Shown here: positions 9,304-18,370 of the stretch, in pieces | How positions within the stretch are numbered: the stretch's first letter is position 1 | Layout: each line of letters starts with the position of its first letter | Source: an uncultured Thermococci archaeon | Lineage (GTDB): Archaea > Methanobacteriota_B > Thermococci > Methanofastidiosales > B48-G16 | Direction of reading: 5' to 3' | DNA length: 64,000 nucleotides | Assembly: GCA_964595645.1 (NCBI GenBank) | Contig: CAZQQT010000001.1 | Location: 96,001-160,000, forward strand | Made by a program: the position numbers and the translations under genes | Notes under the pieces: model-generated | The model's database searches: none | What the model was told of the DNA's origin: nothing | The model's input: the letters and a program-made list of their open reading frames with translations, nothing else

Positions 9304-12300
9304 ATGAATAAAAAAGCTCAGTCAGAAGTGATCGCAGTAATGTTAATTTTAGGGATTACAGTAGCTGCTGTAGCTGTGGCGTATAGATGGGCGGCACCCC
9401 GTGTTCAGGAAAGCCAGAATAAATCACGAATCGATTCTATGATAGGATTTATGGAGGAGCTGGATAGGAAGATCCGTGAGGTTGCGAACGCTGGAGAGGG
9501 ATCACAGCGGTTTATTGATGTTGAGTTCGATAAAGGACAGATTTTGATTCATCCTCCTCCAGGAAATAACGTCATGTATCAACTTGTTTCTTATACTCTC
9601 ACACCAGCAGAGCTCCCTGCCAATAAGAATCTACCGTACGGGAGCTATCTCCGGATACGACAAAACGAGGAAAATCAGGATATCATCGAAGTAGTGTTAG
9701 AGTATACAGATGTGGAGCTAGAGGCCGAAGTTCCGGAAGCAGAGGAGGTAGTACTATCCCCAATGCGATACACTATTTACATACGAAATATGGGAGGAAA
9801 CGTCGTGAGGCTCAGCCGAGAACCGGCGTATATTGGGACGACAGAACGGTTTCTGTTGAGCGGCTATGTCTATGATAACTCGGGAGATGAGGGTATACAG
9901 CTTTCTCCAGACGCCGATGGCGATTATATCAAGGATGAGGAGAACGAGATCATCCCTAATGCGGAGATCTTACTTCTCGATTCGCAGGGAAATGTCGTAA
10001 CCTCGACGCGAAGCAACTCCCACGGAAAGTATGCGCTGTTACTGCAGCGGCGGCTTACTGCGGAAGCTGGGCAGTACTACTTTGTGGTGAGTAAAAGTTC
10101 CTACGTAATGAAAGAGTGGGATGGCTCAGTGGAAAATGTCAAGTGTGAGAAGTATACGAAGGATTTCGATTCAACGTCTCCCGAGGGCTGGGATTTCAGT
10201 GTGAGCCCGTATGAAGATAGAGACGAGATCAGAATAGATTTTCCGCTCTACAAGGTTGAGCCACCAGACGTGCTGGAAAACGCGCCGATAGCGATAATCG
10301 TCGATCATCAAATAACAGAAAATAAAGGAATTGTTTATGATATCCGCGATGCACTGGACAATGATGAAAATACGCACTGCGGGAAGTTTATCGTGTATGG
10401 AAATGTTTCAAACCCAGATCAAACAGTAGCTGGGGAGTACTTCCAGTATCCCGGTACGAGTGATCCAATCTACGCGTATCCGCTGGAGTGGCTGTTAGAC
10501 CCCGATGAAGCGAGAGGAGTCGATGAGTACGGGTGGGGAGACGCCGATCTCAACGACAGGTTTACCCAAGTAGCTTCTATCGGTGGAGAGGAGGACAAGA
10601 TTGACTACCATGATTTCTCGTTGATAGTAGTAGGTACAGGCGCCATTCAGCAGAGTGGGCTACTTACCACACTCCAAACATACCGGGATACCTTCACCAA
10701 CTTCGTGTCGTTAGGGCGATTCACACTGAACGGTATTGAGTACGCCCGAGGATTAGTAGTTTTCCCACAGATACAGGGTTATGGATCGTATGATCCACTC
10801 TTGTACTACTATGATGGTACAAAGAGACCTACAGGCTCATATACGTACGACGATGGAGTAGAGGTAACCGATGAAACGATGGAGTCTATGCACAATGACG
10901 GGGAGGTCGATGAGAACTTCTTTTTGCAGGATGCGATGGGCCATGATGACGAACGGTACGGCAGTGAAGAAGCGTATTCATGGCTACCGCAGTTTATGGG
11001 GGAGGATTTAAGGCTTACTTCCTTCACCGGCGTGACAAACTCCCAGGGAATTACTATTGCTACTCTTACATCATTCTCAACGCCACAGGACGTGGTACTT
11101 CAGGCTACGGCACAGGGTGCATCTGTGCAGACCTCCATTGAGTTCTTCAGGAGAATCACCGTGGAGACACGCCATACGACTCTCGGAGCGAATGGGGCGG
11201 ATGAAACAACCATTACTGCCACGGTACGGGATGAGAACGGAGTGTTAATGGACTCGGAAAACGTTACATTCACTACTGATGCAGGAACGTTTGCGGAGAA
11301 CCCTGGAAATCAAACATACTCTCTTACTACTGATAGCGATGGAGTTGCGACAGCGACACTGGTCGCTGGCTCCAGTGCTACAACAGCTACTGTACAATGT
11401 GAACTTGACGCAGATTCGAGTGTGTATGGGACTTTGGAAGTTGATTTTGATACAGGAATCACATTCAGACTTACCGAGGAGGATGATAATGGCGATGGCA
11501 CATTCAATGATAGTGGCGATTACTTTGATTACAAACTTGCAGCTGATGGATCCTCCCAAGCGAAATTTACTGCCGCTGTTGTAGCACCAAGCCTAGTAAA
11601 CCCGATATCAGGACAAAAAGTTTATTTTTACACGGATCACGGATCATTAAGTAGTAGTACAGCCACTGCAGATGCGAACGGAAACTGTGAGGTAACACTC
11701 ACCTCAGATGCTCAGCCGAGGAAGGATAATACCGTGATGGCCGAGATCAAACTCTACGATAACGGAGAATGTGTGTACAGTGATGAAGATGCCAATAATG
11801 AAGTAAGTGCTGGTGATATACGGCTCGATTCAAACTGTGGCGATGTGAATTCGACTGTGACAAGTGGTGATTCAGACATCGGGAATGAACTCACAGAATT
11901 TAACTTCTACGAGAAATACTACGACGATGATGGCAGTGGAAATTATACTTCAGCTGATACAGTGTATAGAGATACCAATGATGATGGCGATGTTGATGCA
12001 GGAGATTACAGAATCACGTATTACCATCAGGGAGGAGCGGATGAAGAAGCTCCTGGAGAGGTGCAGGCAGGAGATAATGACGTTGGAAACGTGCTTACAG
12101 CCTTTGCGTCTGAGGAAAAATTTGTTAACTCCACGATCAACTACCAGAAAACGGTGGATATAGATTTTGTCGGTACACACGCCTATACTACTCTCACTTC
12201 GGATCTCGGCGAGATACCGCTCACGCGGCTTGGAGACACTCCGATTGTTGCATTTACAGAGCTCACCGCAACGGTTTACGACTCTCAGGGGACGGCGATC

Positions 12301-13395
12301 CCCGCGTATATCGAGTCCAATGAGCTTACCTTCTCCACGACCTTGGGTCATTTCCCGTACTCCCAGGATAAAGACGGAGATTCCAGTAATGGCTGGCAGA
12401 GGGATACGGATAACGAAGGAAAAGCCACTATTATTCTGTATTCCTATGAGGATGATAACGATGTGATCGATGGGAGTGCCGGAGAAGAGGCAGTATCAGG
12501 GACGGCTACCGTCTACGAGAAGATCACTGGAGAACCGGACAGCACCAAACGGCATACCAGCGTTGATTTCGTCTCTGGGATCTGTTTCCCCTCCTGCCCC
12601 TCGATATTTGAGATAGAAAACAGCACGTCAATCAGCACACAGGTTTATGACAGTGAGGGGGAAGGCATTCCCGGTGTAAAGGTTACCTACTCCCTCGATC
12701 CGGAATCTGCAGGAAGTGTGGTACCCGATGAGAGTAATAAGCGATACAACTTCTACGAGGTTCATAGGACGAGAGGAGGAGTGTACGCATTTTATTATCT
12801 CGACTTTTGGTGGTGGGGGATAGAAGGTGAAGGTATCGATACATTCGAGGAGGGAAATATTCTGTACGATCACGAGGGGGCTCATGGGGAATATTCAGTA
12901 GATGTGTGGGTAAAGAAAACCTTTGACTACGATGCCACCAACTCGAAGATCACTGGATATACTGGTAGCGAGATCTTCTCAGATTTTGCCAGTTACGAGA
13001 TGGATCTCGATGTCCATGGACTATTCGATATCACCGATACCGGATGGGAAAACTTTGATGTCGCGATGATAGAGAAGGATCTTCCGAGAAAAACTCATAA
13101 AACCACATATCTTACCATATATACAGCAGAATATATAGTCTACGAGATACAGGGGGGTCCCACCATGCTCATCAAGGAAAATAGGGACGAATATAATGAA
13201 ATGGTGCAGAATGTCATACTTACTACCATCGATTTTGATAGGTATGGGAATAACTACGGACAGCATGACGGCGATTCTACTACGTTAGAGACAGACGGAA
13301 ACTTCCACACGGATGTCCCCGGGCAACGATCAAACGCGATAGAGATAGAGAAAAACATGGTTCTGTACGCTATTGGTCATGAAGAACTCATCTAA
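9304..13395 (+). CDS. Giant pilin-like/adhesin protein with class III signal, Ig-like (invasin/Big_1-like) domains and Ca-binding DxDxDG repeats
   Basis: MNKKA|QSEVIAVMLILGITV N-terminus; repeats such as ANGADETTITATVRD...VTFTTDAG...TDSDGVATATL; acidic loops. Confidence 0.8.
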   Translation: MNKKAQSEVIAVMLILGITVAAVAVAYRWAAPRVQESQNKSRIDSMIGFMEELDRKIREVANAGEGSQRFIDVEFDKGQILIHPPPGNNVMYQLVSYTLTPAELPANKNLPYGSYLRIRQNEENQDIIEVVLEYTDVELEAEVPEAEEVVLSPMRYTIYIRNMGGNVVRLSREPAYIGTTERFLLSGYVYDNSGDEGIQLSPDADGDYIKDEENEIIPNAEILLLDSQGNVVTSTRSNSHGKYALLLQRRLTAEAGQYYFVVSKSSYVMKEWDGSVENVKCEKYTKDFDSTSPEGWDFSVSPYEDRDEIRIDFPLYKVEPPDVLENAPIAIIVDHQITENKGIVYDIRDALDNDENTHCGKFIVYGNVSNPDQTVAGEYFQYPGTSDPIYAYPLEWLLDPDEARGVDEYGWGDADLNDRFTQVASIGGEEDKIDYHDFSLIVVGTGAIQQSGLLTTLQTYRDTFTNFVSLGRFTLNGIEYARGLVVFPQIQGYGSYDPLLYYYDGTKRPTGSYTYDDGVEVTDETMESMHNDGEVDENFFLQDAMGHDDERYGSEEAYSWLPQFMGEDLRLTSFTGVTNSQGITIATLTSFSTPQDVVLQATAQGASVQTSIEFFRRITVETRHTTLGANGADETTITATVRDENGVLMDSENVTFTTDAGTFAENPGNQTYSLTTDSDGVATATLVAGSSATTATVQCELDADSSVYGTLEVDFDTGITFRLTEEDDNGDGTFNDSGDYFDYKLAADGSSQAKFTAAVVAPSLVNPISGQKVYFYTDHGSLSSSTATADANGNCEVTLTSDAQPRKDNTVMAEIKLYDNGECVYSDEDANNEVSAGDIRLDSNCGDVNSTVTSGDSDIGNELTEFNFYEKYYDDDGSGNYTSADTVYRDTNDDGDVDAGDYRITYYHQGGADEEAPGEVQAGDNDVGNVLTAFASEEKFVNSTINYQKTVDIDFVGTHAYTTLTSDLGEIPLTRLGDTPIVAFTELTATVYDSQGTAIPAYIESNELTFSTTLGHFPYSQDKDGDSSNGWQRDTDNEGKATIILYSYEDDNDVIDGSAGEEAVSGTATVYEKITGEPDSTKRHTSVDFVSGICFPSCPSIFEIENSTSISTQVYDSEGEGIPGVKVTYSLDPESAGSVVPDESNKRYNFYEVHRTRGGVYAFYYLDFWWWGIEGEGIDTFEEGNILYDHEGAHGEYSVDVWVKKTFDYDATNSKITGYTGSEIFSDFASYEMDLDVHGLFDITDTGWENFDVAMIEKDLPRKTHKTTYLTIYTAEYIVYEIQGGPTMLIKENRDEYNEMVQNVILTTIDFDRYGNNYGQHDGDSTTLETDGNFHTDVPGQRSNAIEIEKNMVLYAIGHEELI

Positions 13396-13404
13396 GGTGA
13401 CTAT

Positions 13405-16400
13405 ATGGGTAGAGGTCAATCAGAAGTAATCAAGGCATTGTTGCTTTTAGGAGTGATGGTAGCTGTAATGATCTCGTATATTGGGATGACCTCTAACTTT
13501 ACATCTTCCTACGAAGAAGAACTTGTGACCCGATCCTTCAGAAATCTAGCAGAGTATATCATTCAAACCGTACATCAAAACAGTGCTGCACTTGGAGGCT
13601 CGCCCGCAGCCTCCGAAAACGTGGAGTATGTTGTCGTGAATCTCGATCTTCCAAAACAAGTAGGAAATCACTACTACACAGTGAAAGCATCAGGTGATAA
13701 GCTCACAATTTACGCGAATGATGATCATGATCTTCGCGTGGAGTATCCGCAGGAAGGAATAAAAGGATTCTCCATCACAGGGCAGATTGCAAGTATCTCT
13801 GAGAACTTTTACATGAGCATCGGCAACAAAGAGAAAAAGGCGAGTCTGTTTTCCTCGAAAATCCTCTATTCTGGGGAGGTAAGTCCTGGAATAGGGGGTA
13901 CCGAGACCTTGTTTAGGTACACAGTAATATTCCAGAACTCAAAAAACGAAGCTCCTGACAATGTATATGTATACATAAACGATAACGCTGAGAACGAGCA
14001 GGATATGGTACAGCATTCAATGAGTAAGGTAACACAAAGTATGTACTCGGAGGATCTAAGAGACGGTGATTTCACCAATGGGGAGCTCTACTACTACGAT
14101 GTGACACTCTCGGAAATACGCGAGTACAGATATTATTTTGAGTGTGAATACGACAACAAAACAGATACATTTCCTGTTGGTGAAATTTCAGGACCGGAAA
14201 TACCTGTCAATATAAGTTTGAGATCGGATAAGGAAGTGATAGAGGCAGGTACAGAAACAGCCACATTAAATTTGAAGATTACGGATAAAGATGGAAATGC
14301 AATTTCAGGTCTCGATGTGAAGTTCACCGCTACTTTTGGACGGTTTAGCAATGGTGATAACGAACATACAGTTTCTACTGATACAAATGGGGAAGCTACA
14401 GATGAATTTAAAAGCAACGTTACTGGAATAGCACAGATTGAAGCAGAGGTACAGGGGGAGAAAGAAAGCGTAGAGATCATCGTTCACGGAGAAATGGATT
14501 ACATTGTGATAGAGTTCTACGACGGGACTCCTGTGGGCGATATCTCTCTCCGCGTCGGAGAACGTACTACCTTCTACGCCAGGGGTTACGATGCTTCTGG
14601 ACTTCTGGTGGGCGATGTTGAGGCGAATTGGAGTTCCTCTGGCACGCTGGAGGAAATAAGTGAACAAGGGACCTCACTGGAGTTTATTCCTACTACAGAA
14701 GGCGAAGGAAAGATCTACGCCACCTACACAGTTGATCCCAGTATAGAGGACAGTACTGGCACGATCAACGTCTACGGAAGTATCTACGAAATACGGATTG
14801 TCGATGATACGGCCAGCGATGAGAGTGTGGGGAATATCTCCATGACTACTGCAGATACACTCACACTCTATGCAAAGGGGTACGATGCCGAAGGGAATTT
14901 TGTGAGTTTTGTGAAAGTTGACTGGAACCGCTCCTCTGGCAATTTGGACGATCTCAACTCCCCCACTACAAGTACCACCTCTGTGACATTCGAACCGCAC
15001 ACGGCCCATACCAGCGGTGTGATCCAAGCGACGAAGGGATCCTATCAGAAGTTCACCGGAACGATCACAGTCAGCCATGATCCAGATGTGAACGCTATAG
15101 AAATTTATGACAATAGTGGAAGAGTTTCGAGTCCATGGACTCCCGAGAAAAATACAGAACACGAACTATATGCCAAAGGCGTAAGTACCTCAAACAGCGA
15201 TGACCCCATAGAAGATGTTTATGTGACATGGAGCGTTACTGGTGATATAGGTACCGTGGATCCTTCAGAAGGAGCACAAACCACGTATAGTACGGGAGAT
15301 AATGCTGATAACACAGGAACGATTGAAATTGACTGCGGGTGTTATACCGACTCTGTGAACGTCGAGGTGCAGTCCTCTTGTCCATTTATATATTCCTATT
15401 ACAATAATAGTTGGCATTACGAACACGAGTCTTACCCCTTCGCTATCGCACAGTCTTTGGAGTACACCTCCTACGAAGTGATAGATCATCCTGCAACGCA
15501 TTTCAGGCTCAGTGAAGAACGGGACGAAGTTTCGTACACCGATCAAATATACCTCATGGAGGTGGAAGAGCACGTGTATCCGGATATCCATGGAGATCTC
15601 CATCGAATCAACGAGAGGATCCTTCCCACTGCCGCATATTCAGAAGAAGAAAACGTCCTAAATACACTACAGAAAAAGGATTCTAAGTACTGGATACAGG
15701 GGAGTAATCCGGATTTCAGCGACTCACTAATCATGGAATTTGATAACGTGAAAAAAGGAGAGGCAAAGCTGTTTTTGACGATACGAGAAGCAGAGAGGGG
15801 CGTGTATCTCCTCCGATCTACCCATGAGCACATGGGAATCAACAACATGGGGACCTTTTACAGATTTGTTGAAGATATACCCCTCACCAGATCGCTCTTC
15901 GTTCAGACAGTGAGACGGGAGTTTTTCATCCATGTAGACGTGTGGAATGGAAAGAAATGGGTGCGACAGGGAGAGTTCGGTGTAGGAAGAGAGAGTTTCA
16001 TTGATACTGTAATTCCTGTAGAATTGTATTCATCCAATGCAAAAATTAGACTTTCTACAGGTTCGGGTGCCTACGAGATAGATTACGCGTGTATAGATAC
16101 CACCAAAGATGGAAATATCGATTATCGTATAGTAAAGCCGATTGCAGCAAAAAAAGATGGAAAAAATGTACTTCCACTAATATCAAGGAGCGATGATACC
16201 TATCTCCAGATGTTTAGGGGAGATTTGGTGGATCTTCGCTTCGACATAGAGAAAGACCGCAACTACATCGTTGCTGTGGAGGGATACTACCACCCCTTCT
16301 TTGGAGAAACCTACGTGAGTAAAACTGAGTTCATGAAACGGTTCGTTGATTTCCTGAGAGGTATCACGGAGAGGGGATTTGTTGGAGAATTATTCGAGGG

Positions 16401-16410
16401 TGAAGAATGA
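13405..16410 (+). CDS. Large pilin-like protein with class III signal, Ig-like repeats and a C-terminal SCPF domain
   Basis: MGRG|QSEVIKALLLLGV; LDLPKQVGNHYY; three YA[RK]G...V.W repeats; SSCPFIYSY starts a distinct C-terminal domain. Confidence 0.8.
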   Translation: MGRGQSEVIKALLLLGVMVAVMISYIGMTSNFTSSYEEELVTRSFRNLAEYIIQTVHQNSAALGGSPAASENVEYVVVNLDLPKQVGNHYYTVKASGDKLTIYANDDHDLRVEYPQEGIKGFSITGQIASISENFYMSIGNKEKKASLFSSKILYSGEVSPGIGGTETLFRYTVIFQNSKNEAPDNVYVYINDNAENEQDMVQHSMSKVTQSMYSEDLRDGDFTNGELYYYDVTLSEIREYRYYFECEYDNKTDTFPVGEISGPEIPVNISLRSDKEVIEAGTETATLNLKITDKDGNAISGLDVKFTATFGRFSNGDNEHTVSTDTNGEATDEFKSNVTGIAQIEAEVQGEKESVEIIVHGEMDYIVIEFYDGTPVGDISLRVGERTTFYARGYDASGLLVGDVEANWSSSGTLEEISEQGTSLEFIPTTEGEGKIYATYTVDPSIEDSTGTINVYGSIYEIRIVDDTASDESVGNISMTTADTLTLYAKGYDAEGNFVSFVKVDWNRSSGNLDDLNSPTTSTTSVTFEPHTAHTSGVIQATKGSYQKFTGTITVSHDPDVNAIEIYDNSGRVSSPWTPEKNTEHELYAKGVSTSNSDDPIEDVYVTWSVTGDIGTVDPSEGAQTTYSTGDNADNTGTIEIDCGCYTDSVNVEVQSSCPFIYSYYNNSWHYEHESYPFAIAQSLEYTSYEVIDHPATHFRLSEERDEVSYTDQIYLMEVEEHVYPDIHGDLHRINERILPTAAYSEEENVLNTLQKKDSKYWIQGSNPDFSDSLIMEFDNVKKGEAKLFLTIREAERGVYLLRSTHEHMGINNMGTFYRFVEDIPLTRSLFVQTVRREFFIHVDVWNGKKWVRQGEFGVGRESFIDTVIPVELYSSNAKIRLSTGSGAYEIDYACIDTTKDGNIDYRIVKPIAAKKDGKNVLPLISRSDDTYLQMFRGDLVDLRFDIEKDRNYIVAVEGYYHPFFGETYVSKTEFMKRFVDFLRGITERGFVGELFEGEE

Positions 16411-17288
16411 ACTCTAAAGGAATCAGCATACCTGATAATCTCGTTGCGTTTTTACTTTTTTCAATATCATTCGTGTACATAGTCTCTGTTATGTCCGGGT
16501 ACATTTCACCTTATTTAGAAAGAGAAGAGTACGGACAGGTAGCTATGGAAGGTTATACTGCACTGGAAAAGATAATTAGCGATCCGAGTGTGGGCATTGT
16601 AACGCGGGATCATGTATTAAATTACGATCAGTTGGTAGAGTTGAGAGCCGATCCTGACTCGTACGAGAAGTTGAAGGAAAATCTTAATGTAAGAAACGAC
16701 TTTGTGATTGAGATAGCATCGAACATTTTTACCGCTGACACAGTGGGTGTTGTGGGAAGTGATGAAGTGAATGCGACTCCTCCTATCGTCCCTCCAGAGG
16801 AATATGATTGGGAAACTACACCATTGAAATACACAGTACTTCCAGTAACTATCGGAGGAGAGGAATACGAAGTAATGAGTGTTCCCAAAGAGGTCGATGG
16901 CGAATGGGTTTACTGGAAGGTCTATATCGATACAAACAAAAACAGGGATTTTCAGGACGAAGTAGATCGAGGATTTTATGGATACGAAGACGGTACTCCT
17001 CGGAGCGGATTTATTGAAGGAGATATATTTCAGATTCAACAAGCTCCCACCCGAATCGAGAGTTTGCGCATAGTAGGCATCGACCCCAGAGGTTACAAAG
17101 TATATTTCCTGAATAAGAAGGCAGTAGATATATGGATCGGCGACCCATCGATGGTGAAATACTTTCCGGATGAGGGAAAGGAAGTTCCGACAGGAGGAAG
17201 CATAATAGCGGTTTATACCCGGTTAGTGCTCGTAGAGCAAAACGGAGAGCTACAGGAAAAAAGACTTATTTTCACGATGAGGGATTGA
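16407..17288 (+). CDS. Minor pilin-like protein (class III signal)
   Basis: MNSKG|ISIPDNLVAFLLFSISFVYIV; ATGA coupling to the upstream gene. Confidence 0.7.
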   Translation: MNSKGISIPDNLVAFLLFSISFVYIVSVMSGYISPYLEREEYGQVAMEGYTALEKIISDPSVGIVTRDHVLNYDQLVELRADPDSYEKLKENLNVRNDFVIEIASNIFTADTVGVVGSDEVNATPPIVPPEEYDWETTPLKYTVLPVTIGGEEYEVMSVPKEVDGEWVYWKVYIDTNKNRDFQDEVDRGFYGYEDGTPRSGFIEGDIFQIQQAPTRIESLRIVGIDPRGYKVYFLNKKAVDIWIGDPSMVKYFPDEGKEVPTGGSIIAVYTRLVLVEQNGELQEKRLIFTMRD

Positions 17289-17290
17289 TC

Positions 17291-18370
17291 ATGGACAATA
17301 AGGCGTATATGAGGACACTCGAAGCATTTCTCTCTGCTATAATAATGATAATGGCTATCAGCTTCATGATGTCAGAGGAACAAATCAGCTATACTGCTGC
17401 TCCCAGTTCTGAAGTAGTAGAAGGAAAAAACTACGTATATGATGTCCTTGCAGTCATAGAAAACTCTAAAATCCATGGTCAAGGAAAATTATCCTATTAC
17501 ATAGCCCACAGAGACACTAGTAGTCTTCAAAGAGATATTGAGGGCTATATTGAGAAAGAGTATACCTATCAGATGGAAGTGTATAAAATGAGGAGTATTG
17601 TCGTGGATACAAGCAGTATTGCTGTCACCGATCCTGCTACGGGAGATCTTACCAATGGGTATACCATCACCTCTGATATGAACTACAATGATATCTGGCA
17701 CTACTACGAAGGGGGTCTTTTCGATCTGCCCATTACCGTTCGCATGTTAGTGACAGATCACAATGATGAACCAGGATACGATACACTCTATCTCAATTTT
17801 GATCATGACGATTCCAATTTTACCAACATGGATACGTGGGAGCATGGAGATTATTCATGGGAATTGTATAGTATGAGAGAATTGCAGGTGGGAGATGCCT
17901 TCCTCATCAAAAAAGAAGTGACAGATGAATACACCTTACTTTATAAGTATACTGTAAACAGAATTGCACCAGACGGAAAAAGTGTAGCGTTTTCCCTTGA
18001 AAAAGTTGATATGACGCTGTACACGCTCCCCTATGAGATTGATATTTTTGACTGGACAACACGTTTCTCCTATACCGATGGTACACTCACCGTCGAGTTG
18101 AATGAAAGTGGGGAGTACCGAACGCTTGCCCAGAATCTCGAGAAGGGGGATTTTGTAGAGATAAACAGATACATCGGATATATCAATTCCCTCAGTTCTG
18201 CGTACCTTTCAGTTGATTTCCATGGATACAAACACCAGATTATGGGAATGGGACGTGGAGGAAAGGTCCACACTGCTGTCTCTGCAAGAAGAATAATTAA
18301 CGTGAGAGAGGGCGATGATCTAGACATATATTATGTGTACCTCGTGAGGGGGAGGGGAGAAAGTGAATAA
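17291..18370 (+). CDS. Minor pilin-like protein (class III signal, TLEA type)
   Basis: MDNKA|YMRTLEAFLSAIIMIMAI. Confidence 0.7.
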   Translation: MDNKAYMRTLEAFLSAIIMIMAISFMMSEEQISYTAAPSSEVVEGKNYVYDVLAVIENSKIHGQGKLSYYIAHRDTSSLQRDIEGYIEKEYTYQMEVYKMRSIVVDTSSIAVTDPATGDLTNGYTITSDMNYNDIWHYYEGGLFDLPITVRMLVTDHNDEPGYDTLYLNFDHDDSNFTNMDTWEHGDYSWELYSMRELQVGDAFLIKKEVTDEYTLLYKYTVNRIAPDGKSVAFSLEKVDMTLYTLPYEIDIFDWTTRFSYTDGTLTVELNESGEYRTLAQNLEKGDFVEINRYIGYINSLSSAYLSVDFHGYKHQIMGMGRGGKVHTAVSARRIINVREGDDLDIYYVYLVRGRGESE

